Source: Camelus dromedarius (Eukaryota). Taken from it: a DNA stretch of 64,000 nt. The stretch is taken from assembly GCF_036321535.1 (NCBI RefSeq), contig NC_087438.1, positions 5,768,001 through 5,832,000 of the forward strand, read 5' to 3'. The position numbers and the translations under genes were made by a program. Below, piece after piece: positions 1 to 12,140 of the stretch (positions within the stretch are counted from its first letter, which is position 1; each line of letters starts with the position of its first letter). The notes under the pieces are model-generated. The model saw only the letters and a list, made by a program, of their open reading frames with translations, did no database searches and was not told the DNA's origin.

Positions 1-8
1 ATACATAC

Positions 9-73
9 ATTTTCAGGACCCATTTCTTTACCAGGGGTTTTTGAAAATTTACCTAATGTGTAGATTGTACGAT
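9..73 (-). CDS. Candidate internal exon (65 nt; open frame xRTIYTLGKFSKTPGKEMGPEN) of an unidentified minus-strand gene
   Basis: Minus strand reads ttctacactttgcag|ATCGTAC...GAAAAT|gtatgt: canonical acceptor with pyrimidine tract and GT donor. One frame is open. No homology recognised. Confidence 0.25.
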
Positions 74-712
74 CTGCAAAGTGTAGAACGTCAAGACACT
101 CAACAAACTTCATGGCATGTCAAATCGGGGAAATTTTCACCTAGTGATTTTATCAGCTGAAAAGTAATGCGTATAAAAAAAGTACAATAAAATCAACTCA
201 CACAAGTACTATAGCTGTGAATACATCACTTACAGTGCTGAAAATTGTGGAAAATAATCCAGGCCTCTTTGGCAGTATTTTAAGATGGATGACTTTCTTT
301 ACCGTTCTGTAAATATACACAAGGGATGGTCTGATGAAAACATAACTAGTGAGAAAACAAACAGGTTAAAAGTAACACGAAACAGAAATCACCGTTGAGA
401 ATCCTATTATCTTGGCTAGCTATTCTTTACCTTAAAGAGTGTGCTTTGTAATGTTAGAAAATGTCACATAATGCATATGGTTATAGCTCTGAAATGAACA
501 GGATCCATTTTTCAAAGCCTGACACAGTGATTTGGATGCAAATTGAGTGGAGTTAAATATAGAAGAAATTGCTCCAGTGCAATTCAGAAATTAGATCTTT
601 TCCTTCCATTTACCTGTGGCAGTTACTACATGAGGAAGGTTAGCCCTGGGGAGGAATCCTAAACCCTCAGAAACAAATAATAGGTGCTCCAGACGGACTA
701 CAATGTGCTTAC

Positions 713-766
713 CTTGCGTGGCTGGTGATTATCCCTTGTATTCACTACGCCACATGACTTCAGGAT
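713..766 (-). CDS. Candidate internal exon (54 nt, ILKSCGVVNTRDNHQPRK)
   Basis: Minus strand ...tcttaactag|ATCCTG...CGCAAG|gtaagc: strong donor, weak acceptor, length a multiple of 3, open in phase 0. No homology recognised. Confidence 0.2.
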
Positions 767-910
767 CTAGTTAAGATTCAACAGTAATTGGTTTCCTGTC
801 CTACCTTCAAATATCTAAAGCCTTATTCATAATTTGCTTTGCAGACACTTCCTTTAATCTCTTCTTCTGATAAAGTATTTCAGTTCAAATGTAAACTACG
901 AAGTGCTTAC

Positions 911-977
911 TTGACGAGAATCATAAAAACAAGTATAATTCAGGGATGATATGAAAATTTCCTGGCTCTGTCCATCT
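911..977 (-). CDS. Candidate internal exon (xDGQSQEIFISSLNYTCFYDSRQ; alternative acceptor would extend it to 1009)
   Basis: Donor CAA|gtaagc at 910. Acceptors at attcag (67 nt exon) or tttatgtgtag (99 nt exon, same reading frame). Ends in phase 0, compatible with 713-766. Confidence 0.2.
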
Positions 978-1469
978 CTGAATATCATCAATGTAAAGAA
1001 CACATATGACTACACATAAATAAAATTCACAGGGCACTGTCCTTTTGAGACTTTTAGAACAGAAAATGAGTACTTCTTGTCTATGACAGTCTTGGTCTGT
1101 GCTATTAAACACATGTCAAAACCTGACTTAATTAAGTAATTTTTATGAAGATAGGGTAAGCAGTCTGCCTAACTGCTTACATATTGTCACTCTACCAATC
1201 AGTCAAGACAAGTAACAAAATCATATGTACCTGAATTAAATTACCTTCTTTTTTAAAAAAGTCTCTTTCCCTAAGTAACGTGGCAAAGATAGGCTCTCAG
1301 TTATCAAATGATGCTATTAAGAGACAGCATATAATATTTATTAGGGTTTTTACCTTACTAGCTAGAATCAGTTCAGAAAGAGTTATTTCTGGCCAATGTC
1401 AGTGCAGACAGCGTTGTTTAGGACAAATGTTAGTGCAGGTAAGATTGCTCTGACCTTATTCGGGAACCT

Positions 1470-1810
1470 TGTGTCGGTCAGGAGAAATCTGGCTAGGCTG
1501 TTGTAGTCAACAATGTTCAAATCTAAGTGTCCTAAAACCACAGTAGTTTATCTTTTGTTTGGAGTGGACCACTGTGTGTTAGGTGAGTTCCCTGACCTCT
1601 GCTGTCCTCACGCCCTGCAGCTGACGAAGCCTCCACCACGGGAGCTGGAATGAGCCCTGACAACCGGAGGCTTGCTCGTAGGGGTGGCAGGCCACTTCTG
1701 CTCACGTTTGGCTGCTCAAAGCAAGTGACACCCAGTTCCTGGTCCCAGAAAGGAGGGCGACTCTTTTTAGAAGGAGGAGAACTTAGGATACTGGTAACAG
1801 CGATGATGAC
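1470..1810 (-). mobile_element. Old MaLR LTR fragment (MLT1-like)
   Basis: Degenerate MLT1-type motifs (cacttctgctcacg..tggct...gcaagtgacac; ctaggctgttgtagtcaacaa). Confidence 0.5.
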
Positions 1811-3829
1811 TGCTACACCGCTGAGTAAAGTATCAGGGGAGAAGCTTTATCGATAATTCAGGTCCAGGAAAATCTTTGATTTCCACCCCCTCCCTCGTAG
1901 AACTAGGAGCATCTTTTTTCTCTCTAGTAATGGGAATAATTTAAGTCGTCCCTTTCTCCTCTTTTTAAAAATTTATTTTCCAGTAAACCCAGTCTTGAAG
2001 TTCCCCTATGAAGCTTCAATCACGGGGCTCTGCAATTTGATATATATATATACACACATACAAACAAAATTTTTTAAAAATTGGAAAAAAAGGGATTACA
2101 GCTGACAGCAGTCCCTCATCAGGCAGCAGGGGCCCTGACCTAGGAGCCCCACCACGCTTACTAGCCAGGAGCAGCCTGAGGGAGTGAGGCCTCGGTGTGA
2201 GCTCAGTGGTGCCTCTCACGGTTTAGAAGCTGGAGGCTACATCTGCCAACCGTGCTCCTTAGAGCTTGCTGTCAAGGAGTGAGACCTGAGCAAGGTACCC
2301 CTGGGCCACCACAAAGGGTTAGTGTGGGATTGCAATAATCTAGAATGGTATTTTAAATTATATAAATGTTTACATGTCAAGTTTTAAGTAATACACATGT
2401 CATGTAAATATAAACCGCAATTAACCCAACAATTAACACCTAAGTGACAGAAATTGATTACGAAGTGCTAATCACCCAACGTAAAATGATTAAGCCACTA
2501 AACATACTCAGTACCATCACTCACTTTTTTCTTTGCAGTTAAAAACACTTGTCTTAAAGTAAATTTTTTTTCCATGAAACTCTTTCAAACATAAAGTGAT
2601 CTGATTTTAAAATGGACACCTTTATTTTTTTCTCAACGATTGCTCATCAACACTTTTGGGAATCATTTGTTAGTTAAAGTCACTGGCTGCTCACCAAAAT
2701 GTTTGAAATGTCATGCAGAATCTAGACTTTTTTGCTTTAAGGATTTGCAATTCAAATGTTTACCCTTTGAGGTATATCTTTATGATGACATATTCTCTTG
2801 ACAAATGCAGTGATCATATGTGGCTGGAGAAAAAGTAGTTTTTAATAAAAAGGCTGATCCTTCCCCTCTGGGCAGTATCTTCCAGCTATATTACTGAATG
2901 ACCGCAATGCAGAGGGAGGCATCTGTACAGACGGTTCTTCAAACCCTAATAAGCCTGAAATGTCATGAACTGTGGCTTTGTGTCTGATGCTTCAATGTAA
3001 CTAAATGTTTTGTTTGTTTTCCATAGCATGTTATTTCCAGTAAAGTAATCTTTCCTGACTTCACCTTAAATTATACCATAAAGAAAGAAAAACACTAGTT
3101 GAAATAAAACCAGGGAGTTCTTTTCTTTAAATACCTAGAGGGTAAGAGATGCTTTTCTAGAGGGGACACAGTGCTCTGGCATCCGGGAGCCTCACTGCCT
3201 CCACTCAGCACTGGTCTGCACGGTCTAAATGTATTGAAATTACAGCAGCTTTTGCATCCATCCATCAAAGCCAGAAGACCTCATAAGTGAATGAGTCAGT
3301 TGCTTTAAAACAATGTTTTAATATATAATTTGCTAAATACAGCTCCTGGGGCAAAGCCCCTCCCCCTGCGTGGACCTGTGAACTGCGGTAGTGGGAAGAG
3401 TTTAGGGCAACAGTCCTACGCTGTTACAGACAGGACAATTCCCACAGGGCAAACGGGAGGTTAAGGCAACCACCAGGCTACAGCAGGTCTGAAACCCAGG
3501 CAGGCAAATGTCAGCAGTTGATTAGGTTTCAAAGCCTGGGACTATTGCTCTGTGAACCTGAGCCCTGCTTTTTGTGTTCTTGGTTCTGCCTCGTGAATAA
3601 GCCTTCCTTCTTATAAAAGATAGTGTGTGGTCGCAGTGAGCTGCAGTGAGCAGTTTTATCAGCCTGTTCATGGCGTTGCCGACATGAGTGAAATTCGTGG
3701 ACTCCTAAGAATGCCTTTTCTCTCCATTCTTCTCCAGTTTTCATCTATAAGGAGGTATCTGGCATTATAACATAAATCATAACATTAGTTAATTCTTTTA
3801 ACTACAATAAATGCAATAAAAATTTTGCA

Positions 3830-4370
3830 AAGATAGCACAAAATAAACTTACAATCTCATTTATTAACAGAGATAAGAATGTTAAATAAAATTCTAGCAA
3901 ATGAACTTGTATATACAGCGAACAATAATTTACAACACCTAACTAGTGTCTATTCCAGGAATATAATGGTATAATAACATTTTATCAGGGAAAAGGAGCA
4001 AATCTAAGAGATCATCTACAAAGTCCACTTGGAGACTTGATATCCATTTCTGTTTTCTGTTTTTATGCAAAATCAGAATAGAATGAGATCTTACTAGGAT
4101 TTTAAGTTTCCCTCTCAAACTAACATCACTAATATGCTTCTCTGGAAATGTTAGCCAATATGATTAAAAATAAAACACATCTTGAAGTATTATATTGGAA
4201 GAAATATAGTGAGGTTATTAGTGTATACACATAATATTTTGGTAATCTGAAATAAGCAAAATATTTAAATGTAAAACTATTGCAGACAAGAAGTAAACTG
4301 AGTGAGACAGAAGACTTCAAAACACATTCCAAAATCAATAGTTTCCTTCTAGTTCAAGCTAGTAGGTGGG
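3830..4370 (+). mobile_element. Highly decayed L1 ORF2 (RT region) fragment
   Basis: A-rich segment with L1 motifs: aaataaaattctagcaaatgaa, attccaggaat, tctggaaatgttagccaat, aaaatcaatagtttcc. Confidence 0.5.
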
Positions 4371-4976
4371 AAACATGGCTCTTCCTACACAAAATGCCAC
4401 TGAGATGATAAGGGGTGTGTGTGTGTAAAATTCACAACCATACTGGGGAAAATAAGAAATGAGGCTGTAAGGTGCTGAGAATTTTTGAGCTTTTTTTTTG
4501 GGTAACGTTTAAAAGGCAATGCGATCAGACTTATTGGAGAACCAGGGCGAAGAGTGCAAGCCAAGCCACTCCCTGCACCTGCTGCTTCCAGTCTCTCCTT
4601 GGCACCCGGGCCTGCTGCCCGTCGTCCAATCACCGCCCATGGGTGGGCCAGGTGCGATCAGGGAAGTTAGTGGAATGGCCGTAGACCACTTGAGCCAGTT
4701 AATTTGCAACATGAGGCCTGGGGTCATTTCACAGGACTCTGTTTCCCCAACTCAAGCACAGTATTTAGGACATAGTAGCCAAGTAACTAATATGCTTGAT
4801 TGAATGGATCCATGGGACAATCAGTAATGAAAGAATGTTTGATGGATGCCATCCCTTCCTCTTTCTGAAACATCCCTGTGCCCAGCTCTAGGTAGGAAAA
4901 CACCAACACTCTCTCCTGGCGGGGCTCAGCTCTGATGCTGCCTTACATAGAACATTCTCTACTTACCCCTCCTTCC

Positions 4977-5717
4977 TGTGGTTGGAACCAAGTCCCCCCA
5001 AAACCAGGTTCCCCTGCAAGTTTATGATTAATCTCTCTATCCAAAACTTTATTCCCTTTCTTTTTCTCTCCTTGTTTCCTTCAAGATTTATGAGTATCAA
5101 AGAAATGGGGGGGACTGAAATGAAGCAGGACCCTGTGGGGTCCTCCTGATAACAAAATCCCTTTACTGTCCCCATTTCTTATTTGACTCCTAGGCCTTTG
5201 CTGAGTTCCAGAGAGCAGACACAAGCAGTTACTAATTAGGGAAGTGGGAGGGTGCAGAAACAAAGCAAAAGCCTTTGAAAGATGGAAAGTAATAACAACA
5301 GTTCAGCGATAAAACAGAGCCCTAGGAATGTACATAACATTCTGACACACGTCTCTGAGGTGTTCTGCAGGAACTAAGACCCCCACCCATGTGGACGATG
5401 GTGACTACATGCTGAGCACAAGCACGTAGGCTCCAGACTGGTTGGAACCAGAAGGCTGATGATTAAGATCCCTGAAACATCACCTGTTACCTCATCACCA
5501 ACCAATCAGGAGAAAGTCATGAACCCTGCAACCCTCACCCCAAATGTTGCTTTAACAATCCTTCCCGGAAAACCACTGAGGAGTTCAGATCTTTTGAGCA
5601 CAAGCTGCCCTTGCATACTCCTTGTATGGGGCTGTACTTCCCTTCGCCACAACCCGGTGTCAGAAGATCGGCTTTGCTGCATGGCTGGTGAGTGGACCCA
5701 AGTTCGGTTCAGTAATG
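4977..5717 (+). mobile_element. ERV solo LTR (ERV1-like); 5' boundary uncertain
   Basis: LTR-like content: CCAAT box (accaatcagg, 5501), U3-type motifs, 3' end ...agttcggttcagtaat resembling the GTAACA terminus. No internal ERV sequence flanks it. Confidence 0.65.
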
Positions 5718-6267
5718 TGAGCACTTTAGCTCTCTGCCACGCCAATGTTTATTAAATGTTTATCAAATAGTTACTAAGTTTACGTCATGCGCACAGCACT
5801 GTGCTTATGCAATAGAGCCATATATTGTAGCTATTTTCCATAAAGATTTTCTTAAATGAGATTTTAAAAAATAAAAGTATATCTTATCTCACTTCGAGTG
5901 CTTATTGATGGTACTGAATTAATAAATGTTCCAGACTCAAAGTTTTGGTCCTTTTTCACGTCTATCAGACTCTTGCCCTTGACTGAAGCAGTTTGTGACT
6001 TTGCTCAAATCACAGAACATGGTGTTATATAAAAAGGACAACAAAGAAAGTCAAAGACGGATGCCTCTAGAGTAACATCTATGAATATCTATGCTGACAT
6101 TTTAATTTTAACAGAGTCCCATAAGGTGACTCAAAGGAAAGACTTGAGGCAAACACACGACATTCTATACTTAAAATTCTGGAATATTATCATTACAGTA
6201 GTTTTGTGAATAAGTCAAAGGACAAAAAAAGTTTATTTTTTTATTTGCCATTAAAAATAAATACCAT

Positions 6268-6816
6268 TGTTAGGTAGGTAATAAGTGGGGAAACCGGGCA
6301 GATAAGGTGGAGGAGAGGGAGGATGGTCTGCAAGATGTTGGTATGCCCACCTTCAGCATTAAGGGGCTTTACTTCCTCTAAATGAGCGCCAGCAAGAAAC
6401 CAGTTAGAACCTGATGGCCGCAACTGCGCAGTAACAGAAAGGAATAAACTGGACATGACCCAATGCTCATTGTAATATAATTAGCATTGCAGTTTAGCAC
6501 TCTGCCATGGGTTTTTCTGTGTGTGTCATGGGTAAGGACATGTGCAAAAGGGACAAAAATGACTAAGCCCTCCAGGGGCAAGAGCCATCGATCAATCAAA
6601 AGACCCCCTCCAAGCAAGGGTGTGAGACAAGGGCAAACAAAGACCACTGCTCTCCTCCCTTGGCTCAGCCCGCCTCCGCTCTTGGAGTTGTGCTTTCCCC
6701 TTGCTAATAAATCCTTTAAACTCTTTCACTACACAACGCTCTGTCTCCCGTCTGAATTCTTATCTTTCGGATATGACAAGAACTGGGGTCTTGTCCTTCC
6801 TCCTTTTGGGGTAACA
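6268..6816 (+). mobile_element. ERV solo LTR
   Basis: Starts TGTTAG and ends GGTAACA (TG...CA inverted ends). Internal AATAAA at about 6706 followed by a U5-like tract. Confidence 0.75.
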
Positions 6817-6856
6817 CTGCAACAGACAAGAATGGTCAATGAGACTACGATGCATT

Positions 6857-7349
6857 TGTTGACTGAAGAAAAATACACAACTTAAACCTGAGAGTTAGTT
6901 TTTTTCAAAGATCTCACTGCAGACTATAGCCTGGCAGACAGCCTCTCAGATAACTCTAAGAAACTGCTTCAAAGAGGTTAAGGGAGGAGCCAGGATATAT
7001 AGGAGTTTTTTTGCTGGGGAAAAAAATCAAACAAACATGTAGTTGAACAACAAAAGACTACTGCTAATCACAAAGAACAGATATCTCAAGGTAATGATTT
7101 TAGTGCTTTTCTATACATGGGAGGATGCAAGGATCTGGGTTCATTGAAATGATTCCTTAGTATGCATGTTAGCTACCCAGGGCTGAGTATCTAAAGCAGA
7201 GACTACTTCCTTTTTTCTCCATCCTGAATTCCCCTCAGGGCTCACCATTGGTGGGAGGCTGCAGTGGCTAATGGCTTGATCTTTATTAGAACTGGGATGA
7301 CGGCAAGTTCTGTATTTACTGGAATGGCAGGCAACATCTCCTGTCCACA
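6857..7349 (-). mobile_element. ERV1 solo LTR, MER41-like
   Basis: Minus strand begins TGTGGACAGGAGATGTTGCC and ends CAGTCAACA, with a TATA-like tatatatcc. Flanks catt/cttt fit a degenerate 4-bp TSD. Confidence 0.7.
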
Positions 7350-8199
7350 CTTTCCTTAAGATTCGATCCAGGGGACAGAGGTGTAAAAGTGTTATAAGTC
7401 AGAAAGTGGAAAGTGTGAGGGAGTAAAGATAAAACAGTTGCCTTTAAATTGGGAATATGTTCAATAATAGGTGAGTATTTTAAAAAGCTAAAACTTCTAC
7501 TCCAACATGTATGTAATTAATTATGAATTATTATAAGTTATTCTTTGTTCATTACTCAAGAATATAAGCTGGAATTGAAGTGAGTCATTTATTATTAGGT
7601 TGAAAAATACTTTGGGTAATTTTATTCAAGTTAGAATTCCTCTGAGATACCAAAATTAAGCAAATAAAAATGTATAGACAAAGAACACAAATATATTAGC
7701 AGATAGTCCCCTAATACTTAAAGTACCTACTCACCCCAAATATTACATTCTTTTTTATGTGATAAAACTGAGCAAAAAATCCAGTTTGTTTGCCAACTCG
7801 TCTTTGCCAACTACTGAGCTCATGGTTCAGGAGTTATGATGTGGCTTTTCTCAGGCACACGGCCATCACAAGGTCCAACTTGACATGTCTCATCCACAGC
7901 AAGAATCTTTGTTGTTTGTTTTGATTTTAGCCAACATATTTCAAATCAACCAGTTACAGTGAAGTGATGGGATAAGATTGATTGCTTACCATAATATGGT
8001 AAATTTATTTTAATTCTGATTTAAAAGAAGGAATACGTTAAGAGTATTTGGTTTGCTATCAACTATTTCTATACCAGATAGAAATGGGAGATTTAAACTA
8101 TTCTTAGCTATCTTAGGGTCTACACAGAAAGAAAGCAGCCTTGTGTCTATGCCATACGAGCACTGGATTTATACTTAGTGGGGGACCTTTTCTGGAAAT

Positions 8200-8420
8200 A
8201 ATAATTTTGTTAATGTTTATCAGGTGCTTACTGTGATCAGCACTGTTTTAGAACTATACACAAATCGTTTTCCTTTCATTAACAACCAAATGAGGGAGGT
8301 ACCATTGGTATTATTAAACAAATGAGAAAACTGAGGCTAAAGGTGGTGAACTTGTCAAGCGTTGTATCTGATCGGATACCCACCAGGTATATGTGCCTAC
8401 AAAGTGCTTGCTCTTAATCT
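8200..8420 (-). mobile_element. MIR SINE
   Basis: MIR core (acaaatgagaaaactgaggct...aacttgtcaag) and 3' part (tttatcaggtgcttactgtg...cactgttt). Confidence 0.7.
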
Positions 8421-8459
8421 CTCTGCTGTCCTCTCTAAACACTCGTGTTACATCTTTTT

Positions 8460-8730
8460 CTAAGATACTTCCACTCTCTCTCAATATTCTTGGAATAAAG
8501 ACAAAAATCCCTAAAGAGGCCCCAGGGCATCGCCCTGATGTCCTTCTCCAGGTCCCTGCTTCCTGGGCTCTCTGGGGTTCTCAGTGTGCCAGGTGCAGGG
8601 CATTTACACGTGCCGTTCCTCCTACTGAAAATGTCTTCCCATTCCCGCTTTGCCTGCTGAAATCCTACTTACTACTGACTTCTCACCCAGTCTCTGTGAC
8701 TCCCTCAGGAAGACTTCCCAGACCTCCAAT
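8460..8730 (+). mobile_element. L2 LINE 3' fragment
   Basis: L2 motifs: cagggcatttacacgtgccgttcctcctactgaaaatg, tcctacttact, ccctcaggaagacttccc. Confidence 0.6.
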
Positions 8731-8744
8731 CATATCAACCTTCT

Positions 8745-9271
8745 CATTGCATTTTGCTGTGAGCCACCACAAGATTTTATATATATTTCCCTGTGCTATA
8801 CAGTATAATCTTGTTTATCTATTCTACATATAGCTGTCTGTATCTACAAATTTTGAACTCCCAGCCTGTCCCTTCCCACCCCCTTCCCCACTGGCAACCA
8901 CAAGTTTGTATTCTATGTTTATGGGTCTGTTTCTGTTTTGTATTTATGTTCTTTTTTTTTTTTTTTCAGATTCCACATATGAGCGATCTCATATGGTATT
9001 TTTCTTTCTCTTTCTGGCTTACTTCATTTAGAATGACATTCTCCAGGTACATCCTGTTGCTGCAAATGGCATTATGTTGTCATTTTTATGGCTGAATAGT
9101 ATTCCATTGTATAAATATACCACATCTTCTTTATCCAGTCATCTGTTGATGGACATTTAGGCTGTTTCCATGTCTTGGCTATTTTAAATAGTGCTGCTAT
9201 GAACATTGGGGTGCAGGTGTCATTTTGAAGTAGGGTTCCTTCTGGATATATGCCCGGGAGCAGGATTACTG
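8745..9271 (-). mobile_element. Young lineage-specific L1 fragment (ORF2 C-terminus plus most of 3'UTR)
   Basis: ORF 9072-9392 contains the L1 ORF2 C-terminus (CTPMFIAALFKIAKTWKQPKCPSTDDWIKKMWYIYTMEYYSAIK). The 3'UTR matches the element at 10112-10510; extreme 3' end and poly-A are missing. Confidence 0.93.
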
Positions 9272-10111
9272 CTCCCCAACAAGTGGTGTCTTGCAGCAGT
9301 AAATTATGCATTTTTTCTTTAATATTCAAGCAAGCTGAGCTGTCAAATGCATTTGTAAGTTTACTATTTGGTGTGCAGAATGTCTTCCTCAATAAGTGAA
9401 AAATTGCAAATGACAGTTTGCTGCATGGTTAACAAGCAAAAGCCAAGGTAACCTGTGAGGTGGATGAAATACACTCCGCATTCAAAGAAGAGTGTTAGAG
9501 CCCAAATAGGTTGGAGGAAACAGCAGGATTTCAGGTGCAGGGCCTCTTGTGCACCTGGCAGTTCCTAGGAATAGCATTTTACAGCTGCGCTCTTGCCAGC
9601 CCAGCTCTGAAAGCTCTCACATTAAATATAAAAAGGTTTTCATCAGATTTTTGTGAGAATGGAGAAAAACACAAAAGTAAAGAGGGTATAAGTTGGGTAT
9701 GAGGAAGATGTCAGTGAGGAAGGGGAATTAAATTTCTTCTGCATTTTGAAGTGTTTTTGACAAGCACTCAAATCTTTGACTTACATGCTGCTGGTAAGAG
9801 CTTATGGTCACATAAGGTTTGACTTCTCCTCCCAGGTACTGGGTATTGAGCAGGTAAAAAGAGAAAGTAGAGAGGGAGCCACATGGGGGTAACCGGTTTA
9901 AATGCATCGGGTTGGCCTGTGTCCACGTGTGTGTATGTTATTAGTGTTGAGGATGTAATTCTTTGGTTGCTAAAGTTAAAGGAAGGACCAGAGTAAGTTC
10001 TTCATGCTGCACATTAGACTCCAAATTTTTTTAGACTCTTAAATTTTAGGGAACATAAAAGAATTCAGGTAACCCCAATGGGAGCCAGTGAATCTCTAAT
10101 AAAAAAATTAT

Positions 10112-10510
10112 GATGCTCCTGGAGAATGTCATTCTAAGTGAAGTAAGCCAGAAAGAGAAAGAAAAATACAATATGAGATTGCTCATATGTGGAATCTAAA
10201 AACAAGCAAACAAACAAAAAAAAAAAACAAAGCATAAATACAAAACAGAAATAGACTCATGGACATAGAATACAAACTTGTGGTTGCCAAGGGAGCGGGG
10301 GTGGGAAGAGATAGACTGGGATTTCAAAATTGTAGAGTAGATAAACAAGATTACACTGTATAGAACAGGGAAATATACACAAGATCTTATGGTAGCTCAC
10401 AGAGAAAAAACCGTGACAATGAATATATGTTCATATATAACTGAAAAATTGTTCTGAACACTGGAATTTGACACAACATTGTAAAATGATTATAAATCAA
10501 TAAAAAAAGT
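10112..10510 (+). mobile_element. Young 5'-truncated L1 (3'UTR end) with target-site duplication
   Basis: ctggagaatgtcattctaagtgaagtaagccagaaagag...aatcaataaaaaaag. Flanked by a 12-bp direct repeat taaaaaaattat (10100-10111 and 10511-10522). Confidence 0.93.
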
Positions 10511-10687
10511 TAAAAAAATTATATAAAGCCAAACGAAGAACCCCCACAGTACCCCACGGTGTACTATATTACTGTCTCTTGCAAACTCCCTTCTAAAATT
10601 ATCCACTACTGTTTTATGATGGTGGCAGTACAGATTCATATTTTCATATCCATGCAAAACAAATGAATTGTAGAATGCAATCCTGTA

Positions 10688-10904
10688 CAGTTGACCTTGC
10701 AGAAGGCATGGGTTAGGAGCACTGACTCTCCATGCAGTCAAAAAATCTAGGTATAACTTTACTCTTGGCTCTCCCTATCTACCGTTCCACACCCGCAGAT
10801 TCAACCAGCCAGGGGTCATGTTGTGTTGCTGTATGTTGACTGAAAAAGCTCTGTGTACGAGCGGACCTATGTGGTTCACACCTATGTTGTTCAAGAGTCA
10901 GCTG
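10688..10904. mobile_element. Tigger2/MER8-like non-autonomous Tc1/mariner DNA transposon
   Basis: Terminal inverted repeats CAGTTGACCTTG... / ...TTCAAGAGTCAGCTG flanked by TA duplications at 10686-87 and 10905-06. Confidence 0.85.
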
Positions 10905-12019
10905 TAGTAAGAGCCAAGCTATACTGGTTTTCTAAAGCAACTTAGAATTCTTTCTTTTTAAAGTCACCTGTGGGATCCCATTAAATGCAGCTTTATGTCT
11001 GATTTTCCTTGGTTGTTGTGGTACTAAGGAGTTTTCATAACTATTCCTACCCAGAGGAGTAAGTCAGGGTCACAACTAAAGACTAATAATCAAGCCAAAA
11101 GAGATTCTCTCAAAGAAGGCAAGTGAACACTCACCTATAGGAAGTTTGTGTTTATTTTTTGTTCTATTTCTTTATAGAGAAATTTAAAAAAAATACCCTA
11201 CTAGAACTAGCAAGTGTAGAAAATCTGCTTTATAAATTATGACCCTCCCTGAAGCAAGCATGCACCCTAGGGTTGTGTAAAATGGCAATTTTTAAGAAAG
11301 AAAAAGTAAATCTATCACACCACATCAAAGCCAGTGTACACTCCTCCCCCAAAAAGCTCACTGTGGCCAGATTCACCCCCAGAGCTTTGTAAAACATCCC
11401 GTTGGCTCTCACACCAGCTAGTCCTGGGCCAGTCCCCACTCCCTCTGAGTAGATCATGAGCTTTGTCTAAGTAGTCGAGCTGCACACTTGTGTCCAGAGC
11501 CACAGGTCTGAATACTCTCGTGCCAGCCAAAGCCAGTTCCGATCATATGGAAATGAAATCCCAGGAACCCGCATGTACATAAGGGAGTGCCAGTCTGTCT
11601 TTTCTGATGTTCATCTCATGAAAATGTTCAAAACGTCTTATAAGAACCTTCATACTTTGAATTTTAAATATGAAAGTCCTCAGTGTCAGATAAATATCTT
11701 TCCTGCTAACACACATCATGTGAATACTGGCTTTTGATTTGGTATCCTCAGGATCTTAGTGAAATTTTTACACAGTAGATTTCTGTACCTTGGGAGAGCA
11801 ACCAAAACTCCTAGAAACCAGTTCCCACAGAAGTGCTTTCCAAGTAAGCAGGTGGAATAGTTAACAGAGTCCCCACATCGAGGGAAGCGGGGCTGCCTGC
11901 CCTGGTACTGATCACACTAACGCCTCAAGTTACTCCTATCATTATGCTTAGAGTTTTCATACCTTACAGAAGTTAACATCGCAAAGGTAAAAACATACAT
12001 ATCTTAAAACTATTTTCCC

Positions 12020-12140
12020 CTTTTTCACTGAAGTATAATTGATGTACAATATTATATTAGTTTCAGGTGTACAATTCAGTGATTTGACAGTTACATACAT
12101 TGCAGATTGATCACCATACTGTCTAGAAATCATATGACCT
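12020..12140 (-). mobile_element. L1 3' terminal fragment
   Basis: ctgaagtataattgatgtacaatattatattagtttcaggtgtacaattcagtgatttgac is the reverse complement of a laurasiatherian L1 3' end. Confidence 0.75.

Noticed and set aside
11315..11530. Protein-looking 71-aa minus-strand ORF
   Set aside because: No ATG start, no convincing splice acceptor and no homology recognised.
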